A DNA stretch of 64,000 nucleotides, from contig OZ219754.1 in assembly GCA_964291295.2 (NCBI GenBank), forward strand, positions 1,344,001-1,408,000, given 5' to 3'. The notes below the pieces were generated by a model. It worked only from the letters and a program-made list of their open reading frames with translations. It did no database searches and had not been told where the DNA came from. Each line of letters starts with the position of its first letter. Positions within the stretch are counted from its first letter, which is position 1. This stretch comes from an uncultured Candidatus Binatia bacterium (GTDB taxonomy: Bacteria; Desulfobacterota; Binatia; UBA9968; JAJDTQ01). Of the stretch, positions 1 to 9,373 are shown piece by piece. The translations under genes and the position numbers were made by a program.

Positions 1-669
1 CGCGATGGCGTCGGCGGGAACATCCGCGCCGCCGCACGTGGCATTCCAGGCGCGTTTCAACAGGGCCTTGATGCGCGAGGCGGGCTGGTCCAGGTTGGTG
101 AGGAAGGTGTGGTGGGGACGGCGGCGGCGGTAACTCGGCATCCTGGGCGGCCGGGGCAGGATCTCCTCCATCAACGGAAGCGGGAAATCCAGCAGGAACG
201 TGCCGTGGAAGAGCAGGAAGCGCCGGCGCCGCCGTTGCGCGTTGCCGGAGAACTTCCGCTGCGCCAACGCCAGGTCGGTGGCGCCCTGGTGCCGGACCGG
301 CAGGCCGGTAGCGTCCGCCAGCAGGCGCCGGTGGCGTTCCATGATGAAGGAGTTGCTGGAGTCGATGCGCTCCAACGCCGGGTTGCCGGCGATGCGCAGG
401 ATGAGCGCGTAGCTCAGGCAGCCAGGCCCCTGAACCACCGTGCCGCCGCCGCTGCAGCGTCGCAGGATGGGAATGCCGCGGGCGGCGCACGCGGCCACGT
501 TTGCCTCGCGGTCCCTTTGGCTGGCGTGACCCAGCACGACGAAAGGCTGGGGGGACTCCCAGAATCGGAGGAGTTCGCGGTCCGGCCCCTGCTCGCAGTC
601 GTCCAGCAGCGCTTCGTCGCAGGCCAGATTGGCTGCGGGGCTTGTCAGTGTCAGGTCGAGGCACTGCAT
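1..669 (-). CDS. Lipoate-protein ligase family protein (LplA/LipM-like catalytic domain), 3'-truncated by the window edge
   Basis: Missing from the ORF track because it runs off the edge. My translation from ATG at 669 gives MQCLDLTLTSPAANLACDEALLD...LLRFWESPQPF, then RRCSGGGTV and KFSGNAQ-type motifs of the BPL/LplA/LipB family. Divergent from the PDH operon. Confidence 0.85.
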   Translation of the reverse strand, partial: MQCLDLTLTSPAANLACDEALLDDCEQGPDRELLRFWESPQPFVVLGHASQRDREANVAACAARGIPILRRCSGGGTVVQGPGCLSYALILRIAGNPALERIDSSNSFIMERHRRLLADATGLPVRHQGATDLALAQRKFSGNAQRRRRRFLLFHGTFLLDFPLPLMEEILPRPPRMPSYRRRRPHHTFLTNLDQPASRIKALLKRAWNATCGGADVPADAIA

Positions 670-746
670 GACGGACCGTTTTCGGGTGCGCGGGACCGCC
701 GCCGGCGAGCGGCTTCGGAGTGGCATGGCCGCCGGGCCGGAAGGGC

Positions 747-776
747 TTGACACGCGCGGGCGGCGGTGAATATGTT
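747..776 (+). promoter_or_regulatory. Candidate sigma70 promoter (distal) for aceE
   Basis: TTGACA (747-752), 18 nt spacer, TATGTT (771-776) in a GC-rich background. Confidence 0.45.
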
Positions 777-804
777 GCCCGGCACGTGTTGCTTGCGCGA
801 TGGC

Positions 805-813
805 TGGTATAAT
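805..813 (+). promoter_or_regulatory. Extended -10 promoter element upstream of aceE
   Basis: TGgTATAAT, a perfect extended -10 consensus ending 14 nt before the ATG at 828. Confidence 0.6.
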
Positions 814-827
814 ATCCCCGTAGGGTC

Positions 828-3572
828 ATGAACGCCAAGGATTCCACATACGCCGCGCTTCCCGCGACGGAAGCGGAGCTTCGCACCGGTGCGGCTCCGA
901 CCGGAGCCGTTGGAGAAGGCGGGCACGGCGCGTCGCCGGACGACCGGCTGCTGGACTCCCTCGAGTCCCTGCTCGGGCAGGTGGTCCGGAAGGGGCCGGA
1001 ACAGGCCGATGTCCTGCTGGCACAGCTGCTGGCGCGTATCCGCGACCGCCAACAGCCCTCCCGGACGGGCCTGAACACGCCGTATCTCAACACCATTCCC
1101 CGGGAGCAGGAGCCCCCGTATCCGGGCGACCGCGGCATCGAGCGCCAAGTCAAGAGCTACATTCGCTGGAACGCCATGGCCATGGTGGTGAAGGCCAACC
1201 GGCTTCACTCGGGCCTCGGCGGCCACATCTCCACCTACGCCTCGGCGGCGAATCTCTACGAGGTGGGCTTCAATCACTTCTTCCGGGGCGGCGACGGCGG
1301 CCCGGCCGACATGGTCTATTTCCAGGGCCATGCATCGCCGGGAAACTATGCCCGGGCCTACGTGGAACATCGGCTGAGCCCGCGCAAGCTTCACCTGTTC
1401 CGGCAGGAGTTGGCCAAGGGGGCGGGACTGCCCTCCTATCCCCATCCCCATCTGATGCCCGCCTTCTGGCAGTTTCCGTCGGTGTCCATGGGGTTGGCGC
1501 CCATCATGTCCATCTATCAGGCGCGCTTCGCCCGCTATCTGACGGCGCGTGGTCTGTTGTTGCGGGAACCCCGGGTCTGGTGTTTCCTGGGCGACGGGGA
1601 GACCGACGAGCCGGAAGCCACCGGCGCGCTCTCCTTGGCCTCCCGGGAGAATCTGGACAATCTCGTATGGGTGGTCAACTGCAACCTGCAGCGGCTCGAC
1701 GGTCCGGTGCGCGGCAACGGCAAGATCATCCAGGAGCTGGAGGCCCTGTTCCGGGGCGCCGGCTGGAACGTCATCAAGGTCATCTGGGGCTCGGACTGGG
1801 ATCCGTTGCTGGAGGCCGACACCGGCGGGCGGCTGCTGGAGCGGATGGAGAAGGCGGTGGACGGAGACTATCAGAAGTACTCCGTGGCTCCCGGGAGCTA
1901 TATCCGAAAGCACTTCTTCGGCACCCATCCCGAGCTGCTGGAGATGGTCAATCATCTCAGCGATGACCAGATCCGCAGGCTGGGCCGGGGCGGCCATGAT
2001 CCCCAGAAGGTGTATGCGGCCTACAGCGCGGCGCTGCGCCACGAGGGGGCACCCACGGTGATCCTGGCGAAGACGGTCAAGGGCTACGGTCTTGGAGAGG
2101 CGGGCGAGGGGCGGAACATCACCCATCAGCAGAAGGCGCTCAACGAGAAGGAACTGCGCGACTTCCGCACCCGCTTCGGGGTGCCGCTGCCGGACGAGGA
2201 TGTGGTGGAGGCGCCCTTCTACCGGCCGCCGCCGGACAGCGAGGAGACCCGTTATCTGCTGGAACGGCGCAAAAGCCTGGGCGGTTTCCTTCCCAAGCGG
2301 CGGGAGAAGACGGCGGCGCTGCCGGTGCCCGGGGAAGGGACCTGGGAAGAGTTCTACAAGGGCGCCGCCGAGACCCGCGTCTCCACCACCATGGCGTTCG
2401 CAAAGCTCCTGAGCAAGCTGCTCCGGGATCCCGGCATCGGCAGGAACATCGTGCCGATCATCCCGGATGAAGCCCGCACCTTCGGCATGGACACTTTGTT
2501 TCGCCAAGTGGGCATCTATTCGCCCAAGGGACAACTCTACGAGCCGGTGGATCGGGAGACGCTGCTGTTCTACCAGGAGGCGCGGGACGGCCAACTCCTG
2601 GAAGAGGGCATCAGTGAAGCCGGGGCCATGTCCTCCTTCATCGCCGCGGGCACGGCCCACGCCAACTACGGTACGCCCATGATCCCCTTCTATACGTTCT
2701 ACTCGATGTTCGGCTTCCAGCGCATCGGCGACCTGATATGGGCGGCGGCCGACAGCGGGGTCAGGGGTTTCCTGCTGGGGGCCACCGCCGGACGCACGAC
2801 CCTGAACGGGGAAGGGCTCCAGCACGCCGACGGTCACAGCCACCTGCTGGCGAGCACGGTTCCGACCCTGCTCACCTACGATGCGGCCTTTGCCTACGAG
2901 GTGGCCGTCATCGTGCGCGAGGGTCTCAGGCGCATGTACCAGCGGCGCGAGGACATCTTCTGTTATCTCACGCTCTACAACGAGAACCACGAGATGCCCG
3001 CCATGCCTTCCGGCGTGGAGGAGGGCATCCTGAAGGGGCTCTACCGGTTCAGGCCGGCCGACGGCAAGAGGAAACTGCGTGCCCATCTGTTGGGCAGCGG
3101 CCCGCTCCTGTTCGAGGCGTTGCGGGCACAGGAGATCCTCGCGAGCCGCTACGACGTCGCCGCCGACGTATGGAGCGCCACGAGTTACAATTTGCTGCGC
3201 CGGGAGGCTCAGAAGGTCCAGCGCTGGAACCTCCTGCACCCCGCGGAGGCGCCGCGGAAGTCGTACCTGGAATCGCTGCTGGAGTCCGAAGAGGGGGTCT
3301 TCGTGGCGCTGTCCGACTACATGAAGATCGTGCCGGACCAGATCGCGCCGTGGGTGCCCGGCGGTCTCGTGACGCTGGGGACGGACGGCTTCGGCCGCAG
3401 CGACATCCGCCCCCGCCTGCGCCGTTACTTCGAGGTGGATGCGGAGTCGGCGGTGATCGCCACGCTTCACGCCCTGTCCCGGACGGGCCGGATACGGAAG
3501 TCGGTGGTGGCGCGGGCCTTGCGCGAGTTGCAATACAATCCCGCCAAGCCGCACCCCGACATGGCCGTCTGA
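828..3572 (+). CDS. aceE: Pyruvate dehydrogenase E1 component, homodimeric AceE type
   Basis: 914 aa. Contains GGHISTYAS, FQGHASPG, SYPHP, the TPP motif GDGE...N and GEGLQH, all typical of AceE. Confidence 0.96.
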   Translation: MNAKDSTYAALPATEAELRTGAAPTGAVGEGGHGASPDDRLLDSLESLLGQVVRKGPEQADVLLAQLLARIRDRQQPSRTGLNTPYLNTIPREQEPPYPGDRGIERQVKSYIRWNAMAMVVKANRLHSGLGGHISTYASAANLYEVGFNHFFRGGDGGPADMVYFQGHASPGNYARAYVEHRLSPRKLHLFRQELAKGAGLPSYPHPHLMPAFWQFPSVSMGLAPIMSIYQARFARYLTARGLLLREPRVWCFLGDGETDEPEATGALSLASRENLDNLVWVVNCNLQRLDGPVRGNGKIIQELEALFRGAGWNVIKVIWGSDWDPLLEADTGGRLLERMEKAVDGDYQKYSVAPGSYIRKHFFGTHPELLEMVNHLSDDQIRRLGRGGHDPQKVYAAYSAALRHEGAPTVILAKTVKGYGLGEAGEGRNITHQQKALNEKELRDFRTRFGVPLPDEDVVEAPFYRPPPDSEETRYLLERRKSLGGFLPKRREKTAALPVPGEGTWEEFYKGAAETRVSTTMAFAKLLSKLLRDPGIGRNIVPIIPDEARTFGMDTLFRQVGIYSPKGQLYEPVDRETLLFYQEARDGQLLEEGISEAGAMSSFIAAGTAHANYGTPMIPFYTFYSMFGFQRIGDLIWAAADSGVRGFLLGATAGRTTLNGEGLQHADGHSHLLASTVPTLLTYDAAFAYEVAVIVREGLRRMYQRREDIFCYLTLYNENHEMPAMPSGVEEGILKGLYRFRPADGKRKLRAHLLGSGPLLFEALRAQEILASRYDVAADVWSATSYNLLRREAQKVQRWNLLHPAEAPRKSYLESLLESEEGVFVALSDYMKIVPDQIAPWVPGGLVTLGTDGFGRSDIRPRLRRYFEVDAESAVIATLHALSRTGRIRKSVVARALRELQYNPAKPHPDMAV

Positions 3573-3584
3573 CGGCTGCACCCC

Positions 3585-4856
3585 ATGGATGTAACGCTTC
3601 CCAGGCTGGCCGAAGGGGCGGACGCCGGTACCGTCGTCAGCATCGTCGTTGCCGAGGGCGATCAGGTCCGGGTGGACCAGACGCTCCTGGAACTCGAGAA
3701 CGAGAAGGCGGTGGCGCCCATTCCCTCCACCGGCGCCGGCAAGGTTGCCCGGATACACGTGGAGGTGGGCCAGGTGGTGTCGGTGGGTCAGGTGCTGGTG
3801 ACCATCGACGAGGACCGAGCCGCCACGGCGGCGGCCGAAGAGGCCCCGGTGCCGGCCGCTGAAAGGGTGGACGAGTCGTCCGGCGCGCCGCTGCCGGTCC
3901 GCGCGCACGTTTCCGGCAGCGGCGCGCCGCCGCCGGCTTCGCCGACGGTACGGAAGATCGCGCGGGAACTGGGCATCGACCTCGCTCGGGTGAGGGGCAG
4001 CCAGCGTGGCGGGCGCATCGTCCTGGCCGACGTCCGAAGCTATATACAGGGACTCCAGGACATGGCGTTCAGGCCAGCGGCGGCGGCAGCGGACGACGTC
4101 TCACCGCCGGATGACGTCTTTCAGACCCTGGATCTCGGCAGGTGGGGGCCGGTCCGCCGCGAACGGATGTCGCCGCTCCGGCGCACCATCGCGCAGCGGA
4201 TGACCGAGTCCTGGAGGAGCATACCGCACGTAAGCCAGTTCGACGACGCCGACATCACCGACCTCATGCAGGCCCGGAAACGTCTCGCCACGGCCTACGA
4301 GAAGGCGGGCGCCCGACTGACGGTGACCTCCTTCGCCATCAAGGCGGTGGTGTCGGCATTGGCGAAGTATCCCGCATTCAAGGCCAGCGTCGACTACCAG
4401 GCCCGGGAGATCGTCACCCGCGACGACTGCCACATCGGCGTGGCCGTGGACACCGAGGCGGGGCTGATCGCGCCGGTCATCCGCGACGCGGACAGGAAGG
4501 ATCTGCTGGAACTCTCCACCGAACTGGACGAACTGGCGGAGCGGACCCGGCAGCGCAGGCTGTCCGCCGACGAGATGCAGGGTGCGACGTTCACGATATC
4601 GAACCTCGGCAGCATCGGCGGCTCCTACTTCACGCCTGTGGTGAACATACCCCAGGTGGCGGTTCTGGGCATCGGGCGCGGGATGCAGCGGCCGGTGGTG
4701 CGCAACAGGAAAGTCGTGCCGCGGCTGGTTCTGCCGCTGGTGCTGTCCTATGATCATCGGGTGATCGACGGCGCCGATGGAGCGCGTTTCCTGCGTGAAC
4801 TGGTGCGCTGTCTGGAAGACTATCCCGAAGCGGACATCAAGGGGCCTGTGTCATAG
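3585..4856 (+). CDS. aceF: Dihydrolipoamide acetyltransferase (PDH E2) with one lipoyl domain
   Basis: N-terminal lipoyl domain (LELENEKAV), E3-binding ASPTVRKIARELGIDL and catalytic DHRVIDG. Lies between E1 and E3. Confidence 0.93.
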   Translation: MDVTLPRLAEGADAGTVVSIVVAEGDQVRVDQTLLELENEKAVAPIPSTGAGKVARIHVEVGQVVSVGQVLVTIDEDRAATAAAEEAPVPAAERVDESSGAPLPVRAHVSGSGAPPPASPTVRKIARELGIDLARVRGSQRGGRIVLADVRSYIQGLQDMAFRPAAAAADDVSPPDDVFQTLDLGRWGPVRRERMSPLRRTIAQRMTESWRSIPHVSQFDDADITDLMQARKRLATAYEKAGARLTVTSFAIKAVVSALAKYPAFKASVDYQAREIVTRDDCHIGVAVDTEAGLIAPVIRDADRKDLLELSTELDELAERTRQRRLSADEMQGATFTISNLGSIGGSYFTPVVNIPQVAVLGIGRGMQRPVVRNRKVVPRLVLPLVLSYDHRVIDGADGARFLRELVRCLEDYPEADIKGPVS

Positions 4857-4896
4857 ACTTTTGGCAGGACAGGCTGCCTGACAGGTGAGGAAACCC

Positions 4897-6363
4897 GTGG
4901 AACCCATCAAAACGGAGATCGTGGTGGTCGGAGCCGGCCCCGGAGGCTATGCCGCGGCTTTCCATGCGGCGGATGTCGGCAAGCAGGTTCTGCTGGTGGA
5001 GCGGGACGAGCGGCTCGGCGGGGTCTGTCTCAACCGCGGCTGCATCCCGTCCAAGGCGCTTCTTCACGCGACCCAGGTGATCGACGAGGCAGCGCGGTCG
5101 GATGCCCGCGGCGTCTCCTTCGGCAAGCCCGCCGTCGACCTGGAGAAGCTGCGGGCCTGGAAAGGGTCGGTCATCGACAAGCTCGCCCGGGGGCTGGACG
5201 GACTGTGTTCCCGCAGGGGCGTCCGGCGGCTTCATGGCCGCGGGCACTTCGAGGACTCGCGCACCCTGCGGGTGGAGACTGCCGAGGGGCAGCAGTTCAT
5301 CAACTATGACAAGGCCATCATCGCCGTCGGTTCGAGGCCGGCCATGCCGGCGGCCTTCGATCTGGGCAACCGGCGGATCATGACTTCCACGGAGGCGCTG
5401 GAACTGGAGGACGTGCCGGGCCGGCTGCTGGTGGTGGGGGGCGGCTACATCGGCATGGAGCTGGGTACGGTGTATGCCCGGCTGGGGAGCGAGATCGTTC
5501 TGGTGGAGGCGCTGGACCACCTGTTGCCGGGTGTGGACGCCGACCTTGTGCGCCCCGTGGCCAAGGTGGCCGGGTCCCTTTTCAGGGATATCCGCCTCAA
5601 GACCAAGGTGCTGCGCATGGCCACCAGCGGCACGAAGATCAAGGTGGCCATGGAGTTCAACGGCGCCAGCCGCGAGGAGAGCTACGACCGGGTGCTGGTC
5701 AGCGTGGGCCGGGTTCCAGGCTACGAGGATCTGGGCCTGGAGAACACCGGAGTCCGGGTCGGCGCCAACGGCTTCATCGAGTGCAACGATCAGCAGCAGA
5801 CCGATGACCCGGCCATTTACGCCATCGGCGATGCCAACGGCGGCGCCCTGCTGGCGCACCGGGCCACCAAGGAGGCGCGCGTGGCGGTGGAGGTCATTGC
5901 CGGCGAAGCCAGCACCATTGCGGACGTGGTGATCCCGGCGGTGGTCTTTACCGAGCCTGAGGTGGCTTGGTGCGGACTCACCGAGCGGGAGGCCCGGGGC
6001 AGGAAGGCGCCGGTGGAGGTGGTGAAGTTCCCCTGGGGCGCTTCCGGAAGGGCGCTCACCCTTGACCGCCCCGAGGGGCTGACGAAGTTGATCATCGAGC
6101 CCGAGACCGAGCGGATCCTTGGCGTGGGCATCACCGGCGCCGGGGCCGGCGAGCTGATTGGCGAGGGTGTGCTGGCCATCGAGATGGGGGCCACCGCCAG
6201 GGATCTGGCCGAGTCCGTCCATCCCCACCCGACGCTTTCCGAGACTCTGATGGAATGCGCCGAGACGTTCAGCGGCACCGCCACCCATGCGGCGCCGCGA
6301 AAGCGTGCCCGAAGAGGGTCGAAAGGGGCTGTGGACGGGGCGCAGGACAGCCCGCGTGCTTGA
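4897..6363 (+). CDS. lpdA: Dihydrolipoyl dehydrogenase (E3)
   Basis: GAGPGG, redox GGVCLNRGCIPSK, GGGYIG and HPHPTLSE motifs. GTG at 4897 is preceded by GAGG (alternative start 4885). Confidence 0.96.
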   Translation: MEPIKTEIVVVGAGPGGYAAAFHAADVGKQVLLVERDERLGGVCLNRGCIPSKALLHATQVIDEAARSDARGVSFGKPAVDLEKLRAWKGSVIDKLARGLDGLCSRRGVRRLHGRGHFEDSRTLRVETAEGQQFINYDKAIIAVGSRPAMPAAFDLGNRRIMTSTEALELEDVPGRLLVVGGGYIGMELGTVYARLGSEIVLVEALDHLLPGVDADLVRPVAKVAGSLFRDIRLKTKVLRMATSGTKIKVAMEFNGASREESYDRVLVSVGRVPGYEDLGLENTGVRVGANGFIECNDQQQTDDPAIYAIGDANGGALLAHRATKEARVAVEVIAGEASTIADVVIPAVVFTEPEVAWCGLTEREARGRKAPVEVVKFPWGASGRALTLDRPEGLTKLIIEPETERILGVGITGAGAGELIGEGVLAIEMGATARDLAESVHPHPTLSETLMECAETFSGTATHAAPRKRARRGSKGAVDGAQDSPRA

Positions 6364-6394
6364 TTTGAACCGGTCTGTTTGTTAGCTAGAGACC

Positions 6395-6513
6395 GTGAAC
6401 CGTTCGCGAGTTTCGACCGGTTATGGATCTGCCCCCTTTATCGATGTGAACCCGTTGCGGCTCTGAACCCGTCATGAGTCTCGACAGTTCATGAGCCTGG
6501 ACCGGCTGTGCAT
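6395..6513. repeat. Degenerate tandem repeat, 7 x 17 nt
   Basis: Units gtgaaccgttcgcgagt / ttcgaccggttatggat / ctgccccctttatcgat / gtgaacccgttgcggct / ctgaacccgtcatgagt / ctcgacagttcatgagc / ctggaccggctgtgcat keep a gap-free 17-nt register. Confidence 0.7.
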
Positions 6514-6547
6514 TGGTCGTGGGTGGCCGTGATGGTTCTTGGGCGGG

Positions 6548-6618
6548 CCGTGAACTGTTGATGGATTGCCAGTGAATTGTCAGTGGATGGTTCTGAAGGG
6601 GTCGTGGAAGGGGTCGTG
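6548..6618. repeat. Degenerate 11-12 nt tandem repeats
   Basis: ccgtgaactgt/tgatggattgc/cagtgaattgt/cagtggatggt, followed by two exact copies of gaaggggtcgtg. Confidence 0.55.
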
Positions 6619-6714
6619 GGTTTGGACCGGTGGACGAGCCGCGGGTGTCCGGCGCGGCATCGCAGGGGTTGACGAGGCATGGGCTGGCACACCGGCATCT
6701 CCAGGAGGAAGTGA

Positions 6715-6978
6715 ATGACATACGTGATTGCGGAGCCCTGTGTCGACGTCAAGGACACGGCGTGCGTGGATGTTTGTCCTGTCGATTGCATCCACCCGAC
6801 CAAGAACGATCCCGAGACATTCGAGAAAGAGAATATGCTCTATATCGATCCCGAGGAGTGCATTGACTGCGGCGCCTGCGAGCCGGTGTGTCCCGTCGAG
6901 GCCATTTTCGAGGAGGCGGCGGTGCCGGAAAAGTGGCAGGAGTACACTCGGATCAACGCCGACTGGTTTCAGAAATAG
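6715..6978 (+). CDS. Dicluster (7Fe/8Fe-type) ferredoxin, FdxA-like
   Basis: [27 protein letters not shown]...[12 protein letters not shown], preceded by an AGGAGG RBS. Confidence 0.93.
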   Translation: MTYVIAEPCVDVKDTACVDVCPVDCIHPTKNDPETFEKENMLYIDPEECIDCGACEPVCPVEAIFEEAAVPEKWQEYTRINADWFQK

Positions 6979-7745
6979 CTGCCAAGGGCCGCGGGCCTGG
7001 CCGGTGCCCGCGGCCCGTTCCCGTCTTCGGGGACCCTTCCGTGGCCCCTTTCCGTGGCCCCCTTGGGGGCCCCTCTCCGTAGCATTTCTTCGTGGCATCT
7101 CTCCTCGCTTCGCACGAGCCCGGCGTATCCAAACCTCTGGCAGAAGCACTTGGCCAGGATCGGCTTGACTTCATCCATCTCGACGGAACGCTTCGTCTCC
7201 CGCTCCATCGACGTGACCTGGGCCCAGTTCAGGCCGCAGGGCACGATCCTGCGGAACTGGCTCAGGTCCGGCGCCACGTTCAGGGCGGCGCCGTGGTAGG
7301 TCACGCCGCGTCTCACGGCGACGCCGATGGCGCAGATCTTCTGGTCGCCGATCCACACGCCGGTGAAGGGCGGTCGGCGGGCGCCTTCCAGGCCGAAGGC
7401 TCCGAGGACGTCGATGATGACCTGCTCGAGACCGTTCAGATAGCGGTGCACCGCCCGGCGCAACCTCGATCTGAGATCGATGATCGGATAGGCGACCAGT
7501 TGCCCGGGGCCGTGATAGGTCACGTCGCCGCCGCGGCTGGTGGCGTGGACGGGGAGGTCGCCGGCATCGAGGATGTGAGCGCCCGCTTCCCTTCGGCCGG
7601 TGGTGATCACGTGGGGATGCTCCACCAGCATCAGGCAATCGTCCACCGGCTCGCGGACTTTCCTCTCAAGGAGCCGCAACTGAACGTGCAGCGCAGCCTC
7701 GTAATCGAGCCGGCCCAGATCCATGACGCGCAAGGAGGGGGACAT
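6969..7745 (-). CDS. lipB: Lipoyl(octanoyl) transferase with an atypical C-terminal extension
   Basis: [40 protein letters not shown] and IVPCG motifs. The last ~40 aa are low-complexity and overlap the ferredoxin 3' end. Confidence 0.92.
   Translation of the reverse strand: MSPSLRVMDLGRLDYEAALHVQLRLLERKVREPVDDCLMLVEHPHVITTGRREAGAHILDAGDLPVHATSRGGDVTYHGPGQLVAYPIIDLRSRLRRAVHRYLNGLEQVIIDVLGAFGLEGARRPPFTGVWIGDQKICAIGVAVRRGVTYHGAALNVAPDLSQFRRIVPCGLNWAQVTSMERETKRSVEMDEVKPILAKCFCQRFGYAGLVRSEERCHEEMLRRGAPKGATERGHGRVPEDGNGPRAPARPAALGSYF
6986..7016 (+). terminator. GC-rich hairpin (11-bp stem) after the ferredoxin gene; possible terminator
   Basis: gggccgcgggc-9 nt loop-gcccgcggccc is a perfect inverted repeat starting 8 nt after the stop. 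The U-tract is weak. Confidence 0.5.
7031..7093. repeat. Degenerate 12-13 nt tandem repeat (about 5 units)
   Basis: ggacccttccgt / ggcccctttccgt / ggcccccttggg / ggcccctctccgt / agcatttcttcgt. Confidence 0.6.
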
Positions 7746-7937
7746 TCTCGATGACCCTTACCACATGGGCCGCGAAAGCGTGAGGGCGGCCCTGCCGGAC
7801 GCGCTTCTTGACTCCCGGTTCCGGTCGCATTATGAAACCGGCCAGACGAGGGAGCCGGATGACTCGGGCCGCGTGCCCTTGGTGAGAATGGGCGCCGGCG
7901 GCTGGCGCGCCAAGTGCGGCAATAGGGGCGAACGCAG

Positions 7938-8141
7938 GTGACAGGAACCATCAGGAAGATTCTCAGGGACAAGGGGTTCGGCTTCATCAAGCCGGACGAC
8001 GGCGGCGACGATGTCTTCTTCCACCGCGGCAGCAGCGCCCCTCGGGTGCGGTTCGAGGATTTCGCTGAGGGAGACAGCGTGCAGTTCCAGACCCGCACGG
8101 CCGACAAGGGGCCGGTGGCGTTCGGCATGAAGCTCCGCTGA
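7938..8141 (+). CDS. Cold-shock domain protein
   Basis: 67 aa with RNP1 KGFGFI and RNP2 DVFFH. GTG start. Confidence 0.9.
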   Translation: MTGTIRKILRDKGFGFIKPDDGGDDVFFHRGSSAPRVRFEDFAEGDSVQFQTRTADKGPVAFGMKLR

Positions 8142-8220
8142 CCGCCGCTGCCCCGGCGCCCTTCCTCGCAAGTGAAGGCTGCCAGACATGTGGACCGCCC
8201 CCGAAGGCGACAAGGACGCG

Positions 8221-9285
8221 ATGACGCGCAGTGAACCCCCGGGCCGTCCGAACGACGGCGGCGTGCCAGCCCAGCAGGCGTTCCTGGCGCGACTCGGGGG
8301 CCTCCGCCGGCGTTATCTGCCCGAGGTCGTCTCCCTGCTCGACGACGCGATTCGCGAAGCGAAGCTGGCGGAGTCGGGTTTGGCCGAGATGTCCCGCTAC
8401 CATTTCCAGACGGGTGGAAAGCGGCTGCGCGCGCTGCTCCCGCTGCTGGTGGCGGACTGTCTCGGCGAAGATCCGGCTCGGGCCGTGGCCATGGGCGCGG
8501 CTTGCGAGATGCTGCACAACGCCACGCTGGTCCACGATGACGTGCAGGACGGCGACGAGGCGCGCCGGGGACGGGAGACGGTCTGGCGCCGGTTCGGGGT
8601 GGCCCGCGCCATCAATCTCGGCGACGCCATGTTCTATTTCGCGTTGTTGCTGGCGCAGCGGGCGCCGGTGGACAGCCGGCGCCGGGAGGTGCTGGCCCGG
8701 CGGATGCTGGTGGAGACCCTGAAGGTCATCGACGGTCAGGAGCAGGAGTTCGCGCTGCGAGCGAGTTCACGCCCCACCTTGGCGCGGTACTTCGACATGA
8801 TCGAAGCCAAGACCGCGCGATTCTTCGTGCTGGGCATGGCGGGCAGCGCGGAGATGCTGGGCCGGGAGGCGGAAGTCGTCGAGGGACTCGCTGAGGCGGC
8901 GCGCCAGCTTGGCATCCTGTTCCAGATCCAGGACGACGTGCTGGACCTCTACGGCGACAAGGGCCGTGGTCTGCGCGGCAGCGACATCGCCGAGGGCAAG
9001 CGGAGCATCCTGGCGGTCCACGCCCTGGAGAACGCGGCGCCGCAAGAGGCGCGGTGGCTCATGGAAGTGCTGGACAAGGAGCGGGCGGCCACGTCGCCCG
9101 CGGACAAGGAGCGGGTGGTCGCGTTGTTCGACCGGCTGGGATCGCTGTCCTTTTCGGTAAGGGAGTTGCACGCGCGCCAGGGGGCGGCGTTCGCCGCCAT
9201 CGACACGCTGGCGCAGCCGACCCTTTCGGCCCTGATGCGGGGGATGGCTGAAACCGTGCTGGAGCCCATACGGGACTTGATGTGA
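8221..9285 (+). CDS. Polyprenyl synthetase family (trans-prenyltransferase)
   Basis: GGKRLR, first aspartate-rich motif HDDVQD followed by RRG, second motif FQIQDDVLD, and SDIAEGK. Start at 8221 (AAGGA upstream) or 8188. Confidence 0.9.
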   Translation: MTRSEPPGRPNDGGVPAQQAFLARLGGLRRRYLPEVVSLLDDAIREAKLAESGLAEMSRYHFQTGGKRLRALLPLLVADCLGEDPARAVAMGAACEMLHNATLVHDDVQDGDEARRGRETVWRRFGVARAINLGDAMFYFALLLAQRAPVDSRRREVLARRMLVETLKVIDGQEQEFALRASSRPTLARYFDMIEAKTARFFVLGMAGSAEMLGREAEVVEGLAEAARQLGILFQIQDDVLDLYGDKGRGLRGSDIAEGKRSILAVHALENAAPQEARWLMEVLDKERAATSPADKERVVALFDRLGSLSFSVRELHARQGAAFAAIDTLAQPTLSALMRGMAETVLEPIRDLM

Positions 9286-9373
9286 CAGTGGCGGTGGGTC
9301 GAGTGCGCCCGGACTCGTCACGGCCGATGAGGCTGCGCATGGCCGCCGCCGGTAACCGAAACCACGCGAAGGA

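Noticed and set aside
651-3908. Very long antisense ORFs (1085 aa here; also 27425-30586, 33640-36024, 37306-40293, 58010-60547 and others)
   Set aside because: They are shadows of real genes. High-GC codon bias removes stop codons on the opposite strand, and the translations show no recognisable motifs.
6364-6714. Tandem arrays as CRISPR arrays
   Set aside because: Units are 11-17 nt, contiguous and degenerate, with no unique spacers and no cas genes in the window.
9290-9366. Hammerhead-like words (GTC ... CCGATGAG ... GAAAC) between the prenyltransferase and aldehyde dehydrogenase genes
   Set aside because: The core reads CCGATGA rather than CTGANGA, and I could not form stems I-III with the required geometry.
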